Part shown: piece by piece, positions 63,062-64,000 of the stretch
How positions within the stretch are numbered: position 1 is the stretch's first letter
Layout of the letters: each line of letters opens with the position of its first letter
Origin: Ruditapes philippinarum
Taxonomy: Eukaryota
Assembly: GCF_026571515.1 (NCBI RefSeq)
Contig: NW_026852009.1
Span: 1 to 64,000 of the forward strand
Length of the DNA stretch: 64,000 bases
Direction: 5' to 3'
Program-made: the position numbers and the translations under genes
Notes under the pieces: model-generated
What the model saw: only the letters and a program-made list of their open reading frames with translations
Database searches by the model: none
What the model was told of the DNA's origin: nothing

Positions 63062-63159
63062 AAAACATCTTTCTCAAGTCAATGGAATATTAAAACTGTT
63101 TGACACTGAGTGAAAAAGCAGGATGGAGACAGAACTTTGCTTATCCGGGCGGCGATCAG
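63062..63159 (+). pseudogene. Decayed plus-strand 3' half of RING-4TM exon 2, head-to-head with gene D
   Basis: aaacatctttctcaagtcaa...ggcgatcag|gtattg matches the C/D exon 2 end (ETSFSSQ...gtgatcag|gta); contains in-frame stops. Confidence 0.7.
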
Positions 63160-64000
63160 GTATTGTAGTGTTTTGCAAAGATATCAGCATTTGGTAAGCA
63201 AAATAATGGTTGATAATTTTGAACTTTGGTAAGTATCTTAAACATTTGTAAATCCATCAGAACTGGTTGCCTTTATCGTTTCGGGATAATTAGTTTGACC
63301 GTAATCATTTAAAAGACCGAAGCTGGTACAAAATGAGGAAAGTTTTCACTTAGTTCGAGCAACAACATGAATCATCTTAGAAAGCAACTTCAACTAAATT
63401 CTCCTTTCATTGTAATACCACAAGTTGTAAATCAAAATCCAACTGATTGGGCTTCTGTTAATAATTTCACAAACAAACAAACATAACTGTCAAGAAATAA
63501 TATTTCATGACTGACGGAGGAATACATTAAGTTTTGAAAAATAGATACCGCCCTCAGTAGCATCTGTTCCCGTTTCCCTGTCATTCATATTCGTCAGTGT
63601 TTTAAGTACAGGATAAACAAAAAATCAAAACACTCAGCCCATACATATCTATCAAAATCTATTTTTTGGAGACCTTTAACCTTTACAAGTTGATGATCAT
63701 TATACATTGTACATTAAGATGCAAGGAAATAATAGCGACTCTTAAATAGTCTTTCAGAAATATTATCAACAGGTAGGCAACGTAAATCTAAGGGCGACTC
63801 TAGTTTGGAAATATATTTCCCATGAAACTAGTGTTACTTTAAAACCAGAGACACTGGCAGAACACCTAATCTCTACTGAGGCGATTACATCGCAGGAAAG
63901 ACAAATAACAGGTTTAGGTCAAATCATCCTAAATATTGGGAATAAATGGTCAAATTTGACTAATACAGGATTATGACCGTAAAATGAGCCACCTTGGATA

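Overview
AT-rich eukaryotic (animal) genomic DNA with spliceosomal introns. The repeat complement (pearl/Helentron-like element, V- and CORE-type SINEs, GAG-ended palindromic MITEs) suggests a bivalve mollusc; this is inference. The main content is largely invisible in the ORF track. It is a tandem cluster of multi-exon genes encoding an N-terminal TRIM-type C3HC4 RING domain fused to a C-terminal four-transmembrane module. I reconstructed four full gene models by hand from GT-AG sites and exon phases: A 477-5895 (+, one 1-nt frameshift), B 29665-35561 (+, 252 aa), C 45486-40751 (-, 267 aa) and D 55374-49896 (-, 268 aa). There are also an orphan but intact two-exon TM cassette (7127-7747), a doubly deleted copy (about 11660-12251) and two decayed head-to-head exon-2 relics. 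The cluster is heavily invaded by mobile DNA: a young Ty3/Gypsy element (15068-28226, minus strand), two CAC-ended elements with 5-bp TSDs (Transib/RAG-like signature; one nested in the Gypsy), a CCCAG-ended element with a 2-bp TSD, an RTE-X-like LINE fragment, L1/Tx1 relics, MITEs and SINEs. Several segments (about 11400-11600, 20580-22400, 36550-37480, 59880-60700) look unpolished, so single-base lesions need read-level confirmation. No database searches were run.
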